Assembly: GCA_036526195.1 (NCBI GenBank)
Contig: DATCYZ010000033.1
Coordinates: forward strand, 30,062 to 94,061
Source: Burkholderiales bacterium
GTDB lineage: Bacteria; Pseudomonadota; Gammaproteobacteria; Burkholderiales; SG8-39
DNA length: 64,000 bases
Direction: 5' to 3'
Shown: positions 32,525 through 44,626 of the stretch, one piece after another
Numbering within the stretch: the first letter of the stretch is position 1
How the letters are laid out: every line of letters starts with the position of its first letter
Translations under genes and position numbers: made by a program
The notes under the pieces: generated by a model
Database searches by the model: none
What the model was told of the DNA's origin: nothing
What the model saw: only the letters and a program-made list of their open reading frames with translations

Positions 32525-33869
32525 GGATTCGCGCCGGCCGACGTTTCGAGACACGATCGCCGCGATCGCCACGGCCCCGGGGCGCGCGGGAATCGGCGTC
32601 ATCCGGATTTCAGGGCCCGCGGCGCGCGACATCGCACGCGCGGTCCTGGGCGGGATCCCCGACCCGCGCACGGCGGCGCTGCGCACCTTGCGGGATGCGG
32701 GCGGCGTCGCGATCGACCATGGCCTCGCGCTCTTTTTCCCGGGGCCGCAGTCCTATACCGGAGAGGATGTCCTAGAACTCCAGGGGCATGGCGGTTCCGT
32801 TGTCCTGCAGGCCGTGCTTGGCGCCTGCCTGGACGCCGGCGCGCGCATTGCCGAACCGGGCGAGTTCACGCGGCGGGCTTTTCTCGAAGGGAAACTCGAT
32901 CTGGCCCAGGCCGAGGCCGTCACCGACCTGATCGATGCAGCCAGCCGGGAAGCGGCGCGCTCGGCGATGCGTTCGCTGTCTGGCGAGTTTTCGGACACCC
33001 TTTCGGGGCTTGCGGCGAAGGTTCTGGAGCTTCGCGCGCTGACGGAGGCGATGCTCGATTTCCCCGAGGAGGACGTCGATGCCATCCACCGTGACGAGGC
33101 ATCGACGCGCGTGCGGGCGCTGGACGCCGAACTCGCGCACATCCTGTCGCGGAGCCGCAGCGGGAGCCTGCTGCGTACCGGTGCGCACGTGGTGCTTGCC
33201 GGCCCGCCCAACGTCGGCAAATCGAGCCTTCTCAACCGGCTTGCCGGCGCCGACCGGGCGATCGTGACGGCGGTGCCCGGCACCACCCGCGATGTGCTGC
33301 GCGAATCGATCGAGATTGCGGGCGTCCCGGTCGTGCTGGTCGATACCGCCGGCGTGCATGCGTCCGGGGACATGATCGAACGCCTCGGCATGGAACGGGC
33401 GCGAGCGGAAGTTTCTGGCGCGGATGTCGTGTTGCTGGTCAGCGATGCCGCGGAATCGGGCGTGGGCGAGGCGGCGTCGATCGCCACGGACCTGCGCGGA
33501 CAGGCGGCCTGCATCCGCGTGCGCAACAAGATCGATCTCGCGCCGCGCCGTGACGCAGCGCCGGCGGAACCGGCGCTGTGCGTGTCCGCCCTCACCGGCG
33601 AGGGGATCGACGCGCTTCGGGCAGCCATCCTTGATGCGCTCGGTGTGTCGACGGCCGGCGAGGGTGCATTCCTTGCCCGGGAGCGGCACCTGCGCGCGCT
33701 CGAGCGTGCCCACGGGCATCTCGGCGCGGCTGCAGGCCTGGCAGGTCGATGGGAACTGTTTGCCGAGGAACTGAAACTCGGACACGAGGCGATCGGCGAG
33801 ATCACGGGCGGCGCTGCGAACGAGGATGTTCTGGGCGAGATCTTTTCCAGGTTCTGCATCGGCAAGTAG
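32511..33869 (+). CDS. mnmE: tRNA modification GTPase MnmE
   Basis: DTIAAIATAPGRAGIGVIRISG N-terminus, G-domain GPPNVGKSSLLN and C-terminal FCIGK. The ATG at 32511 is preferred over the track's TTG at 32490. Confidence 0.92.
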   Translation: MADAEDSRRPTFRDTIAAIATAPGRAGIGVIRISGPAARDIARAVLGGIPDPRTAALRTLRDAGGVAIDHGLALFFPGPQSYTGEDVLELQGHGGSVVLQAVLGACLDAGARIAEPGEFTRRAFLEGKLDLAQAEAVTDLIDAASREAARSAMRSLSGEFSDTLSGLAAKVLELRALTEAMLDFPEEDVDAIHRDEASTRVRALDAELAHILSRSRSGSLLRTGAHVVLAGPPNVGKSSLLNRLAGADRAIVTAVPGTTRDVLRESIEIAGVPVVLVDTAGVHASGDMIERLGMERARAEVSGADVVLLVSDAAESGVGEAASIATDLRGQAACIRVRNKIDLAPRRDAAPAEPALCVSALTGEGIDALRAAILDALGVSTAGEGAFLARERHLRALERAHGHLGAAAGLAGRWELFAEELKLGHEAIGEITGGAANEDVLGEIFSRFCIGK

Positions 33870-34059
33870 GCGACGCACGCGCTGGCCTCGCTGCGGGCGG
33901 CCGGGGGCGCCCGGCGTGCCGTGAGGCCAGAGGCCGGATGTTAGAATGGCACCGACCGTATTCCGGTGATCCACTCACCCAAACCCGCAAGTCCTCTCGA
34001 CGCGAGCATCGCCGCACCCATCCGGCGGGGTTCTGCGTCCGATTCACGGAGTCGAACCC

Positions 34060-35898
<1,839 letters not shown>

Positions 35899-35901
35899 GT
35901 C

Positions 35902-37242
35902 ATGACCCACGTCTTCCATCGCGCCCCGAAAGACCGCTACCCGGTTGCCGTGCGCGGCGACGGGGTGTACGTGGTGGACCGCGAAGGCAAGCGCTATCTC
36001 GATGCCTCGGGGGGCGCGGCGGTATCCTGCCTGGGGCACTCGGACCGCGAGGTGATCGACGCGGTCAAGGCGCAAATGGAGCGCCTGCCGTTCGCGCACA
36101 CGTCGTTTTTCTCAAACGAACCGATGGAGGCGCTCGCCGACGCGTTGATCGCCCGCGCGCCATCAGTGTTCGACAAGGTCTATTTCGTCTCGGGCGGTTC
36201 GGAGGCGGTCGAGGCGGCGCTCAAGCTTGCGCGGCAGTACTTCGTCGAGAAGGGCGAGCCTGGGCGCCGTCACATCATTGCGCGGCGCCAGTCCTACCAC
36301 GGCAATACGCTGGGGGCGCTCGCCGTCGGCGGCAACCAGTGGCGTCGCCGCCAGTTCGAGCCCCTGCTGATCGACGTCACCCACGTCTCGCCCTGCTACG
36401 CGTACCGCGATCAGGCGGACAGCGAGAGCGCCGAAGCCTATGGCAAGCGACTCGCCGCGGAGCTTGATGCCGAGATCCGCCGCCTGGGTTCTGGCGAGGT
36501 GATGGCGTTCGTTGCCGAAACCGTCTCGGGCGCGACCCTGGGCGCCGTGCCCGGGGTGCCGGGCTACTTTCGCGCCTTGCGCGAGGTCTGCGACCGTCAC
36601 GGCGTGCTGCTGATCCTCGATGAAGTGATGTGCGGCATGGGGCGCTGCGGAACGCTCTGGACGTTCGAGCAGGAAGGCATCACACCCGATATCGTCTGTG
36701 TCGCCAAGGGCCTGGGTGCGGGATACCAGGCCATCGGCGCGGTCCTCGTGTCGAAGACCGTGTTCGAGGCCATCGTGTCCGGCAGCGGGTTTTTCCAGCA
36801 CGGCCACACCTATCTCGGTCATGCTGCCGCTTGCGCCGGCGCACTGGTGGTGCAGCGCCGCCTGCACGAAGGTGGCCTGCTCGCCCGGGTCGGACCGATG
36901 GGCCGCCTGCTCGAGCAGAAACTGCGGGCGGCGTTCGGATCCCACCCGCATGTCGGGGACATCCGCGGCCGGGGGCTGTTCCAGGGGCTTGAACTGGTGT
37001 CGGACCGGGCGACGAAGCAGCCGTTCGACCCGGCGTTGCGCCTGCATGCGCGCCTGAAGAAGGCGGCGCTCGCCGAAGGCCTGATGTGTTACCCGATGGG
37101 TGGCACGGTGGATGGGAAGCAGGGGGACCATGTCCTGCTCGCGCCGCCCTTCATCGTCGAGGAGTCCCATCTCGACGAAATCGTCGGCAAGCTGCGCAAG
37201 GCCCTCGACCACACCCTGGCGACGGCAACCGCCGCGGCCTGA
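35902..37242 (+). CDS. class III (omega) pyridoxal-phosphate aminotransferase
   Basis: 446 aa. LILDEVMCGMGRCG and the VAKGLGAGY lysine motif are typical of aspartate-aminotransferase-fold class III enzymes. Substrate unknown. Confidence 0.85.
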   Translation: MTHVFHRAPKDRYPVAVRGDGVYVVDREGKRYLDASGGAAVSCLGHSDREVIDAVKAQMERLPFAHTSFFSNEPMEALADALIARAPSVFDKVYFVSGGSEAVEAALKLARQYFVEKGEPGRRHIIARRQSYHGNTLGALAVGGNQWRRRQFEPLLIDVTHVSPCYAYRDQADSESAEAYGKRLAAELDAEIRRLGSGEVMAFVAETVSGATLGAVPGVPGYFRALREVCDRHGVLLILDEVMCGMGRCGTLWTFEQEGITPDIVCVAKGLGAGYQAIGAVLVSKTVFEAIVSGSGFFQHGHTYLGHAAACAGALVVQRRLHEGGLLARVGPMGRLLEQKLRAAFGSHPHVGDIRGRGLFQGLELVSDRATKQPFDPALRLHARLKKAALAEGLMCYPMGGTVDGKQGDHVLLAPPFIVEESHLDEIVGKLRKALDHTLATATAAA

Positions 37243-37246
37243 GCAC

Positions 37247-37265
37247 GGGCGCCGCGCCGGCGCCC
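37247..37265. terminator. GC hairpin between convergent aminotransferase and C-N hydrolase genes (GGGCGCCG-CGC-CGGCGCCC)
   Basis: 8-bp perfect stem read from the sequence, with no T-tract. Confidence 0.35.
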
Positions 37266-37280
37266 TGCCTACACCCCTGC

Positions 37281-38201
37281 CTACACCTTGGCGGGCGCCG
37301 GGTCCGGTTCCTGAACCCGCATCGCGTTCGGCGCGGTGCGCGTCACGACGACCGGCGTTTCGTAGACATCCTTGCGCTTGTCATACAGCGGAATGGTGGT
37401 GCCGTTGACGCGGTTCTCGAACAGCAGCGCGAGATCGACATCGGCGATCACGATCTGCTCGGTGTTTGCGACGCCCTCGGCGGCGATGCCGTCGCGCGAG
37501 AACGGAAAGTCCGACGGCGTCAGGATGCTGGCCTGCCCGTAGTGCAGGCCCAGACCCTCGACGGGCAGGGACCCCACCGTGCTGGACATGGCCACGTACA
37601 CCTGGTTCTCGATCGCCCGCGCATGGCAGCAGTAGCGCACCCGCCAGAATCCCTGGCGGTCATCGGTGCTGGAGGGAACGAACAGGATGTCCGCGCCGGC
37701 CTCGCAAACCATGCGCGAAAGTTCCGGGAATTCGATGTCGTAGCAGATCAGGATGGCGATATCGCCGAACTCGGTTTCCCACAGGTGCAGCTGATGACCG
37801 GCGCTGGTTTCCCAGCGCTCCCGCTCCCAGCGCGTGCGGTGGGTCTTGTCCTGTTCGTAGATGTCCCCGTGCGGGGAAAACAGGAAGGCGGTGTTGAACA
37901 GATCTCCATCGCGGATCACCGGGTGGCTGCCGCCAATCAGGTAGTAGCCGTACTGCATCGCATGTTCGCGCATCAGGGCCTTGTACCGGTCCGTGAACTG
38001 GTCCAGCGCCCGCACGCCTTCGCGCACCCCGAGCTTGGGCAGGAACGACATCAACTGCGTCGTCATGATCTCGGGCAGCATCACGAAGTGAGGGCGGTAG
38101 TCGCCGGCCGCGCTGAGCATCATGTGCACCTGGCGCTCGAAATCGGCCCACCCCGAAATCGGCCGGAGCATGTACTGGATCGATGCGATGCGAGCTTTCA
38201 C
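37281..38201 (-). CDS. carbon-nitrogen hydrolase (nitrilase superfamily) protein
   Basis: Track ORF 37281..38657 trimmed to GTG 38201 (VKARIASIQYMLRPISGW...). Candidate catalytic Glu (LPEIMT) and Cys (ILICYDIEFPE). GTGA overlap with the upstream GNAT stop. Confidence 0.82.
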   Translation of the reverse strand: MKARIASIQYMLRPISGWADFERQVHMMLSAAGDYRPHFVMLPEIMTTQLMSFLPKLGVREGVRALDQFTDRYKALMREHAMQYGYYLIGGSHPVIRDGDLFNTAFLFSPHGDIYEQDKTHRTRWERERWETSAGHQLHLWETEFGDIAILICYDIEFPELSRMVCEAGADILFVPSSTDDRQGFWRVRYCCHARAIENQVYVAMSSTVGSLPVEGLGLHYGQASILTPSDFPFSRDGIAAEGVANTEQIVIADVDLALLFENRVNGTTIPLYDKRKDVYETPVVVTRTAPNAMRVQEPDPAPAKV

Positions 38202-38857
38202 AGAATGGGTCCCTCCGGAATCTTCGTGGGTTGGTCGGGCTTGAAGCGATCGTTCACCCAGACGATGATCGTCGCGTTGCCACGCGATTCCTCGTCGGAG
38301 GGTAGGTACCCGTGGATGACGCCGCAGTACTGGAAGCCCTCGCGCAACTGGAAGCGCAGCACCGGGTCGCTCAAGTCGCCCCAGATCACCTTCATCGCAT
38401 AGGTCTCCGGCGACATCTCGTTGCCGACGCGATGGTAGTTCGGCATGCGTCCGCAGGCCATGATCCGGCGCAGGTTGAGCGCGCGGCAGATGCGGCGCCG
38501 CGCCTGATACAGCTTCGTGCCGATGCCGGAGCGCCGCAGTGATGGATCGGCGAAGACCTCCGCGCCATAGAGCGTCCGTCCCGCGGGATTGTGCGTGCGG
38601 AAGGTGCCGTTTCCGGTGACTTCCTTCCAGGTGTGATGCTGGCCGAAGTCGTCCCACTTCACGATCAGCGAACTTGCGGCGCCGACGAATCGCTTGCCGA
38701 TGTAGGCGACCACTTGCCCTTGGGGAAACACTTCGATCTGGCTTTCGAGTTGCTCCCGGCTCCAGCCGCCAATGGTGGGATAGACACGATTCTGGGTTTC
38801 GACGATCAGCGGTACATCCTCAAGCCGCGTATGCCTGAGGGTCAGGGATTCTTTCAT
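38198..38857 (-). CDS. GNAT family N-acetyltransferase
   Basis: 219 aa. The acetyl-CoA binding segment RRSGIGTKLYQARRRICRALN is typical of GNAT motif A. Confidence 0.8.
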   Translation of the reverse strand: MKESLTLRHTRLEDVPLIVETQNRVYPTIGGWSREQLESQIEVFPQGQVVAYIGKRFVGAASSLIVKWDDFGQHHTWKEVTGNGTFRTHNPAGRTLYGAEVFADPSLRRSGIGTKLYQARRRICRALNLRRIMACGRMPNYHRVGNEMSPETYAMKVIWGDLSDPVLRFQLREGFQYCGVIHGYLPSDEESRGNATIIVWVNDRFKPDQPTKIPEGPIL

Positions 38858-38864
38858 TTATTCT

Positions 38865-38893
38865 TTATAAACATTGACTTAACAATGAAACAA
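38865..38893 (-). promoter_or_regulatory. candidate promoter TTGTTT-N17-TTATAA placed for a (near-)leaderless GNAT transcript
   Basis: Read on the minus strand in the AT-rich stretch 38858-38900. The -10 element ends 7 nt before the ATG at 38857, and no clear Shine-Dalgarno sequence lies in between. Confidence 0.3.
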
Positions 38894-38971
38894 TAGCACG
38901 TTCCCAGGCGTATTGCGAATCGTGCGGACGGAACACCGGCCTGCCGCATTGACGTCCGTGGCGCGGAGCGC

Positions 38972-40159
38972 TCAGGCTGGCATGTACGAGCCGAACAGGC
39001 GCCGGGTGAGCACACCGAAGCCCAGTGCCACGGCGCCTGCCAGCGCGAACACCGTACTTACGCCGAGGATCTCCACGGCCCAGCCGCCGGCAAGGAGTCC
39101 GGCGCCGACGCCGCAAAGCAGTGCCGTCGTCCCCCATGTGAACGCCTCCGCCGTCTGTTCCCGCGGCACGGTCTTCGCGATCAGCATCGACTGGATGATG
39201 AGAGGGGGCGCCATGGCAATCCCGGCGCAGGCCGCCGCGACGGAGAACGCCACCGGATGCGCCAGCACCGCAAGCGGAAGGATCCCGAGCCCCGTGATCA
39301 CCAGTGCAGCGGCATACTGGTCCACCAGCGGGGCATGCCAGTGCCGCGCGCCGAATACCAGCCCGCCCGCAGCGCTGCCGATGCTCATGACGCCGAGAAT
39401 CCAGCCGGCAAGCGCGGGCGCGGCGCGCCCGGTTGCGTACGCGGTGACCGCGATCTCGAGCAAGCCGAAGACGATCGCGAAGCCGAAGCCGACGCCGAGG
39501 ATCCGGACGAAGCCCGGCGTCATCAGCGTCCCCGGGACGCCTTCGGAAGACCTGAGGTCCGGACGCCAGGACCGCATTGCCGGCGAGCGCATGAAAAGCA
39601 CCGTCCCTGCGGTGCCGGTGACTGCACCGAGCGCCACGGCCGCCCAGGGCGCCACGGCGGCGACCATGAGGGCGACTGCCATGGGTCCCGCAATAAAGAC
39701 CACCTCGACCAATACCGAATCCAGGGAAAGTGCCGCAATCAACAACCTTTCGTCCGTCAGTCGCTGGCGGTAGAGCGTGCGCATGCACACCGTTACGGGC
39801 GGCAGGGCTGCGCCCGCGCAAGTAGAGAAGAGGATGGCCCACAGGCTCCCCGCGGGGGTCAGCAGCGTTCCGATGAGGGCGACAAGCGAAACCGGGTACA
39901 GCACCGCACAGGCAAGCAGCACGCGGGTGGGACCAAGGCGATCGATCAGGCGACCGAGGACCGGGGAGGCGATCGCGAGGCCGGCAAGGTAAGCCCCTGC
40001 GGCGACCCCGGCCTCTGCGTAGGACCCGGTACGCGTTTGCACGAACAGCAGGATCGCCAGCCCGGTCATGCCGATCGGCAACCGCCCGAAAAAGGAAAAA
40101 GTGATCGCAGCGCCGAGTTCTGGGTGGCGCAGCAGCAGCAGGTAGCGGGAAAAGGACAT
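38972..40159 (-). CDS. MFS transporter
   Basis: About 395 aa, 12-TM-like hydrophobic pattern with the loop motif [15 protein letters not shown] at 40159 (the track start 40162 is a TTG one codon upstream). Confidence 0.82.
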   Translation of the reverse strand: MSFSRYLLLLRHPELGAAITFSFFGRLPIGMTGLAILLFVQTRTGSYAEAGVAAGAYLAGLAIASPVLGRLIDRLGPTRVLLACAVLYPVSLVALIGTLLTPAGSLWAILFSTCAGAALPPVTVCMRTLYRQRLTDERLLIAALSLDSVLVEVVFIAGPMAVALMVAAVAPWAAVALGAVTGTAGTVLFMRSPAMRSWRPDLRSSEGVPGTLMTPGFVRILGVGFGFAIVFGLLEIAVTAYATGRAAPALAGWILGVMSIGSAAGGLVFGARHWHAPLVDQYAAALVITGLGILPLAVLAHPVAFSVAAACAGIAMAPPLIIQSMLIAKTVPREQTAEAFTWGTTALLCGVGAGLLAGGWAVEILGVSTVFALAGAVALGFGVLTRRLFGSYMPA

Positions 40160-40223
40160 CAAGACGGATCGATCGTGGGCATTGTCTCACGGCCGATCCA
40201 GGGAACCGGCGCGGGCGGACGGA

Positions 40224-40239
40224 TGTTCCACGTGGAACT
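40224..40239. promoter_or_regulatory. parS-type ParB binding site TGTTCCACGTGGAACT
   Basis: 14-bp perfect palindrome GTTCCACGTGGAAC. It has 2 mismatches to the 16-bp parS consensus TGTTNCACGTGAAACA. Confidence 0.75.
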
Positions 40240-40265
40240 GCGGTTCCGGGCCGGGCAGGGCGTGT

Positions 40266-40281
40266 GGTTTCACGTGAAACC
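40266..40281. promoter_or_regulatory. parS-type ParB binding site GGTTTCACGTGAAACC
   Basis: 14-bp perfect palindrome GTTTCACGTGAAAC, identical to the parS core. Only the two outermost positions differ from the consensus. Confidence 0.8.
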
Positions 40282-40314
40282 TTCACGTATCATTGCGCTC
40301 CCCGAAGCGAACCC

Positions 40315-42207
40315 ATGAACTACCCGACAGAATTCGACGTCATTGTCATCGGTGGCGGCCACGCCGGCACCGAGGCTGCGCTTGCGGCTGCCCGCATGGG
40401 TTGCAGCACGCTGTTGCTCAGCCACAGCCTCGAGACCCTGGGGCAGATGTCGTGCAACCCCTCGATCGGCGGCATCGGCAAGGGGCACCTGGTACGCGAG
40501 GTCGATGCGCTCGGCGGCGCCATGGCGCTCGCCACCGACACGGCCGGAATCCAGTTCCGGACCCTCAATTCCTCCAAGGGTCCGGCAGTGCGTGCGACGC
40601 GGGCACAGGCCGACCGGGTGCTGTACCGGCAGGCGATCCGCGCGCGTCTGGAGAATCAGACGAACCTGATGCTGTTCCAGCAGGCGGTCGACGACATCCT
40701 TCTGGAGGGGGATCGGGTGGTCGGCGTGCAGACCCAGATGGGCCTGCGCTTCCGGGGGCGCGCCGTGGTGCTGACCGCCGGAACCTTTCTTGCCGGCACG
40801 GTCCATATCGGCCTGGAACAGCATCGCGCCGGACGCGCCGGCGATCCCGCGGCCATCACCCTGGCGGCGCGCCTGCGCGAGCTCAAGCTGCCGGTCGGCA
40901 GGCTGAAGACCGGTACGCCGCCACGCATCGATGGCCGGACCGTGGACTTCTCGGTCATGGAAGAGCAGCCCGGCGATACGCCAGAACCCGTATTCTCGTT
41001 CCTCGGGACGCGTGCCATGCATCCGCAGCAGCGACCCTGCTGGGTCACGCACACGAACGCCGCGACGCATGACGTGATCCGCTCCGGGCTCGATCGGTCG
41101 CCGATGTTCACCGGCGTGATCGAGGGCGTGGGTCCGCGCTATTGCCCCTCGATCGAGGACAAGATTCATCGCTTCGCGGACAAGCAGAGCCACCAGATCT
41201 TTATCGAGCCGGAAGGCCTGACGACCCACGAGATGTACCCGAACGGCATCTCCACCAGCCTGCCGTTCGACATCCAGATCCAGCTCGTGCGTTCGATCAA
41301 GGGGCTCGAGCAGGCGCACATCCTGCGGCCCGGCTATGCCATCGAGTACGACTACTTCGATCCACGCAGCCTGCGCGCCACGCTCGAAACGAAGTCGATC
41401 CGCGGCCTGTTCTTTGCCGGACAGATCAACGGCACCACCGGTTACGAAGAGGCCGCGGCGCAGGGCCTGCTGGCCGGCGCGAATGCCGCCTGCCAGGTGC
41501 TCGGTCGCGAGGCCTGGACGCCGGGTCGGGACCAGGCCTACCTCGGTGTGCTGGTGGACGACCTGGTGACGCGCGGCGTCACCGAGCCGTATCGCATGTT
41601 CACCAGCCGCGCCGAGTACCGTCTGCTGCTGCGCGAGGACAACGCAGACTTGCGCCTCACCGAGGCCGGACGCACGCTCGGACTGGTGAGCGACGCGCGC
41701 TGGGACGCCTTCCAGCGCAAGCGCGATGCCGTGGCCGCGGAGCGCGAGCGGCTGAAATCCACCTGGGTCAATCCGCGCACCGTCGACCAGGCAAAGGCCG
41801 TGGCCGTGCTTGGAAAAGAACTTGAACGTGAGTATTCACTCGCCGATCTCCTGAGGCGCCCTGAGGTTTCGTATCCGGACCTGATCGGTCTCGACGGTAC
41901 GTCCGAGGGCGTTGCGGAGCCGGTTGTCGCGGAGCAGGTCGAGGTCCAGATCAAGTACGAGGGCTACATCGACCGGCAGCAGGCCCAGATCGCGCGGCGC
42001 AGTGACTTCGAGACGCTGCGCCTGCCCGCAGATCTGGACTATCGCAGCCTGCGCGGCCTGTCGATTGAAGTGCAGCACAAACTCGCCCAGCACCGGCCGG
42101 AGACCCTTGGACAGGCCTCGCGCATCTCGGGCGTGACCGCGGCCGCGGTGTCGATCCTGCAGGTCCACCTCAGGAAGGGTTACCTGCCGCAGAAAAGATC
42201 CGCATGA
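40315..42207 (+). CDS. mnmG: tRNA uridine-5-carboxymethylaminomethyl synthesis enzyme MnmG (GidA)
   Basis: Track ORF 40264..42207, with ATG at 40315 ([22 protein letters not shown]...), the canonical FAD-binding N-terminus. Confidence 0.95.
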   Translation: MNYPTEFDVIVIGGGHAGTEAALAAARMGCSTLLLSHSLETLGQMSCNPSIGGIGKGHLVREVDALGGAMALATDTAGIQFRTLNSSKGPAVRATRAQADRVLYRQAIRARLENQTNLMLFQQAVDDILLEGDRVVGVQTQMGLRFRGRAVVLTAGTFLAGTVHIGLEQHRAGRAGDPAAITLAARLRELKLPVGRLKTGTPPRIDGRTVDFSVMEEQPGDTPEPVFSFLGTRAMHPQQRPCWVTHTNAATHDVIRSGLDRSPMFTGVIEGVGPRYCPSIEDKIHRFADKQSHQIFIEPEGLTTHEMYPNGISTSLPFDIQIQLVRSIKGLEQAHILRPGYAIEYDYFDPRSLRATLETKSIRGLFFAGQINGTTGYEEAAAQGLLAGANAACQVLGREAWTPGRDQAYLGVLVDDLVTRGVTEPYRMFTSRAEYRLLLREDNADLRLTEAGRTLGLVSDARWDAFQRKRDAVAAERERLKSTWVNPRTVDQAKAVAVLGKELEREYSLADLLRRPEVSYPDLIGLDGTSEGVAEPVVAEQVEVQIKYEGYIDRQQAQIARRSDFETLRLPADLDYRSLRGLSIEVQHKLAQHRPETLGQASRISGVTAAAVSILQVHLRKGYLPQKRSA

Positions 42208-42857
42208 CGCCGGCGCGGGCGCTCGAGGATGGCCTGCGCGCCTTGCCAATCGCGCTACCCGCCGGCGCCCAGGCGCGGCTTCTCACGTACCTCGCGCTGA
42301 TCGAGAAATGGAATCGCACCCACAACCTCACGGCGATTCGCGATCCGCTCGGCATGGTCACCCACCACCTGCTCGATTCCCTCGCTGTCGTGCCGCACCT
42401 TTTCGACAGCCCAAACGCGCGACGCCTGGCCGACATCGGCTCCGGCGCGGGCCTGCCGGGCATACCGATCGCCATCGCCTGCCCGGACTGCCACGTGACA
42501 CTGAACGACGCGAACGAAAAGCGCGCCGCCTTCCTGCGCCAGGCGACGATCGAACTTGGACTCGACAACGCGGCCGTGCACGCCGGCCGCGCTGAAGCGT
42601 GGCGACCGGAGGCGGGATTCCAGATCGTCATTTCGCGGGCGTTCTCCGCGCTCAGGGACTTCGTCGCGTCGTGCCGCCACCTGGTGGCGCCGGGCGGCGT
42701 GCTTGCAGCGATGAAGGGAGTCCATCCCGCGGAGGAACTCGCGGCGGTGCCGGCCTCCGCGCGTTGCGGCGAAATCCGCGAACTGCACGTGCCGCTGCTC
42801 GACGAAGCCCGTCACCTCGTGCTGTGCCGTCCGGTTGCGGCAACGGGGGCGTCATGA
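42204..42857 (+). CDS. rsmG: 16S rRNA (guanine527-N7)-methyltransferase RsmG (GidB)
   Basis: 217 aa with SAM motif [16 protein letters not shown] overlap with the mnmG stop. Confidence 0.92.
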   Translation: MTPARALEDGLRALPIALPAGAQARLLTYLALIEKWNRTHNLTAIRDPLGMVTHHLLDSLAVVPHLFDSPNARRLADIGSGAGLPGIPIAIACPDCHVTLNDANEKRAAFLRQATIELGLDNAAVHAGRAEAWRPEAGFQIVISRAFSALRDFVASCRHLVAPGGVLAAMKGVHPAEELAAVPASARCGEIRELHVPLLDEARHLVLCRPVAATGAS

Positions 42858-43663
42858 CCCGGGTGTTCGCGGTGGTGAACCAGAAGGGCGGCGTCGGCAA
42901 GACCACCACCAGCGTCAACCTGTCGGCCGCGCTCGCGCAGCAGGGCCAGCGCGTGCTGCTGGTCGACGCCGATCCGCAGGGCAACGCCACGATGGGCAGC
43001 GGCGTGGACAAGCGCACCCTGCAACAGACGCTGTACCACGTGGTCCTCGGCCTCTCGAACCCGGACACGGCGATCCAGAAGGCCACGCGCGGCGGCTACG
43101 ACCTGCTGCCCGCGAATCGCGAGCTGGCGGGGGCCGAGATCGAACTCGTCGAGCTCGAGCAGCGCGAGGCGCGACTCGCCGCGGCGCTCGCCATGGTGAG
43201 CGCCGACTACGATGCGATCCTCATCGATTGCCCGCCCTCGCTCAGCCTGTTGACGCTGAACGCGCTGGTGGCCGCGCAGCTGGTGCTGATCCCGATGCAA
43301 TGCGAGTACTACGCGCTCGAGGGCCTCTCGGATCTCGTCGGCACCATCAAGCGGGTGCGCGCAAAACTCAACCCGCGACTCGAGATCGCCGGCCTGCTGC
43401 GCACCATGTACGACCCGCGCAACACGCTTTCGCAACAGGTGTCGCAGCAGCTCGAATCGCATTTCGGCGACAAGGTGTACCGCACGCTGGTGCCGCGCAA
43501 CGTGCGCCTTGCGGAGGCCCCGAGCCATGGCGTGCCGGCGGTGATCTGGGATCCCGGCTCGAAGGGCGCGCAGGCCTACCTTGCGCTCGCCGGGGAGATC
43601 CTTTTCGGGCCGGGCACGGGGCCTGCCGGGCGCGAGCAGACTGAAGAAAGGACGGATTCATGA
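42854..43663 (+). CDS. parA: chromosome partitioning ATPase ParA (Soj)
   Basis: Track ORF 42599..43663 trimmed to ATG 42854 ([19 protein letters not shown]...), with the deviant Walker A KGGVGKT. Confidence 0.93.
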   Translation: MTRVFAVVNQKGGVGKTTTSVNLSAALAQQGQRVLLVDADPQGNATMGSGVDKRTLQQTLYHVVLGLSNPDTAIQKATRGGYDLLPANRELAGAEIELVELEQREARLAAALAMVSADYDAILIDCPPSLSLLTLNALVAAQLVLIPMQCEYYALEGLSDLVGTIKRVRAKLNPRLEIAGLLRTMYDPRNTLSQQVSQQLESHFGDKVYRTLVPRNVRLAEAPSHGVPAVIWDPGSKGAQAYLALAGEILFGPGTGPAGREQTEERTDS

Positions 43664-44496
43664 TCAAGGCAAAAGGACTCGGTCGCGGACTCGACGCATT
43701 GCTCGGCAGCGAACCGCCGCCGGTCGACAGGCTTGCAACGCTTCCGGTCAACCGCATCCGGCCGGGCAAGTACCAGCCGCGCACGCGCATGGACCAGGAG
43801 GCGCTCGCGGAACTTGCCGCCTCGATCAAGTCGCAGGGCCTGATGCAGCCGCTGGTGGTGCGTCCCGTGGACCGGGACCGCTACGAACTGATCGCCGGCG
43901 AGCGCCGCTGGCGCGCCGCGCAGATGGCCGGTCTGGACGAAGTGCCGGTGCTGGTGCGCGACGTGCCGGACGAGTCGGCGCTGGCGATGTCGCTGATCGA
44001 GAACATCCAGCGCGAGAACCTGAACCCGATGGAAGAGGCCGCCGGCCTGCAGCGGTTGATCGAGGAATTCCGCATGACGCACGAGCAGGCGGCCGAGGCC
44101 GTCGGCCGCTCGCGCAGCGCCACCACCAACCTGCTGCGCCTGCTGAAACTCGCCAAGCCGGTGCAGGCGATGGTGATGGAAGGGGTGCTCGAGATGGGCC
44201 ATGCACGCGCCCTGATCCCGCTCGACGGGGCGCGCCAGATTGAAGCGGCAAACCGGATCGCCGCGCGCGGCCTGTCGGTGCGCGAGGCCGAGGCGCTGGT
44301 GGCCAAACTGCAGCGCGCGCCCAAGGGCAAGCGCGCGAAGAAGGCCGACCGGGACCTCGAGCGCCTGCAGGAGGACCTTGCCGAGCGCCTCGGCACGACC
44401 GTCGAGATCCGGCCCGGCAAGCGTGGCGCCGGCAAGCTGGTGCTGCACTATTCGAACCTCGATCACTTCGACCAGCTGGTGAAGAAACTGCGTTGA
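43660..44496 (+). CDS. parB: chromosome partitioning protein ParB (Spo0J)
   Basis: 278 aa with ParB boxes GERRWRAA and LIENIQRENLNP plus an HTH region. ATGA overlap with parA. Confidence 0.93.
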   Translation: MIKAKGLGRGLDALLGSEPPPVDRLATLPVNRIRPGKYQPRTRMDQEALAELAASIKSQGLMQPLVVRPVDRDRYELIAGERRWRAAQMAGLDEVPVLVRDVPDESALAMSLIENIQRENLNPMEEAAGLQRLIEEFRMTHEQAAEAVGRSRSATTNLLRLLKLAKPVQAMVMEGVLEMGHARALIPLDGARQIEAANRIAARGLSVREAEALVAKLQRAPKGKRAKKADRDLERLQEDLAERLGTTVEIRPGKRGAGKLVLHYSNLDHFDQLVKKLR

Positions 44497-44530
44497 ATCG
44501 CGAAACGACCTCGTGCTGCGGCGCGGAAGA

Positions 44531-44560
44531 TTGACCGCATTGGTTGCAAATCGCTACAAT
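44531..44560 (+). promoter_or_regulatory. candidate atp operon promoter TTGACC-N18-TACAAT
   Basis: Near-consensus hexamers read from the sequence 35 nt downstream of the parB stop. They lie inside the 5' part of track ORF 44513..44968. Confidence 0.55.
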
Positions 44561-44626
44561 TCGCGGGCTTTGCCGGACGCGGAACAACAGAACACCGTAC
44601 GTCGCGACCCGGGAAAACCGATCCGC

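Noticed and set aside
43032-43047. A parS-like 16-mer TGTACCACGTGGTCCT inside parA.
   Set aside because: It has four mismatches to the consensus, all in the arm positions that ParB reads. It is most likely a chance CACGTG inside coding sequence. It could be re-examined if ParB ChIP data exist.
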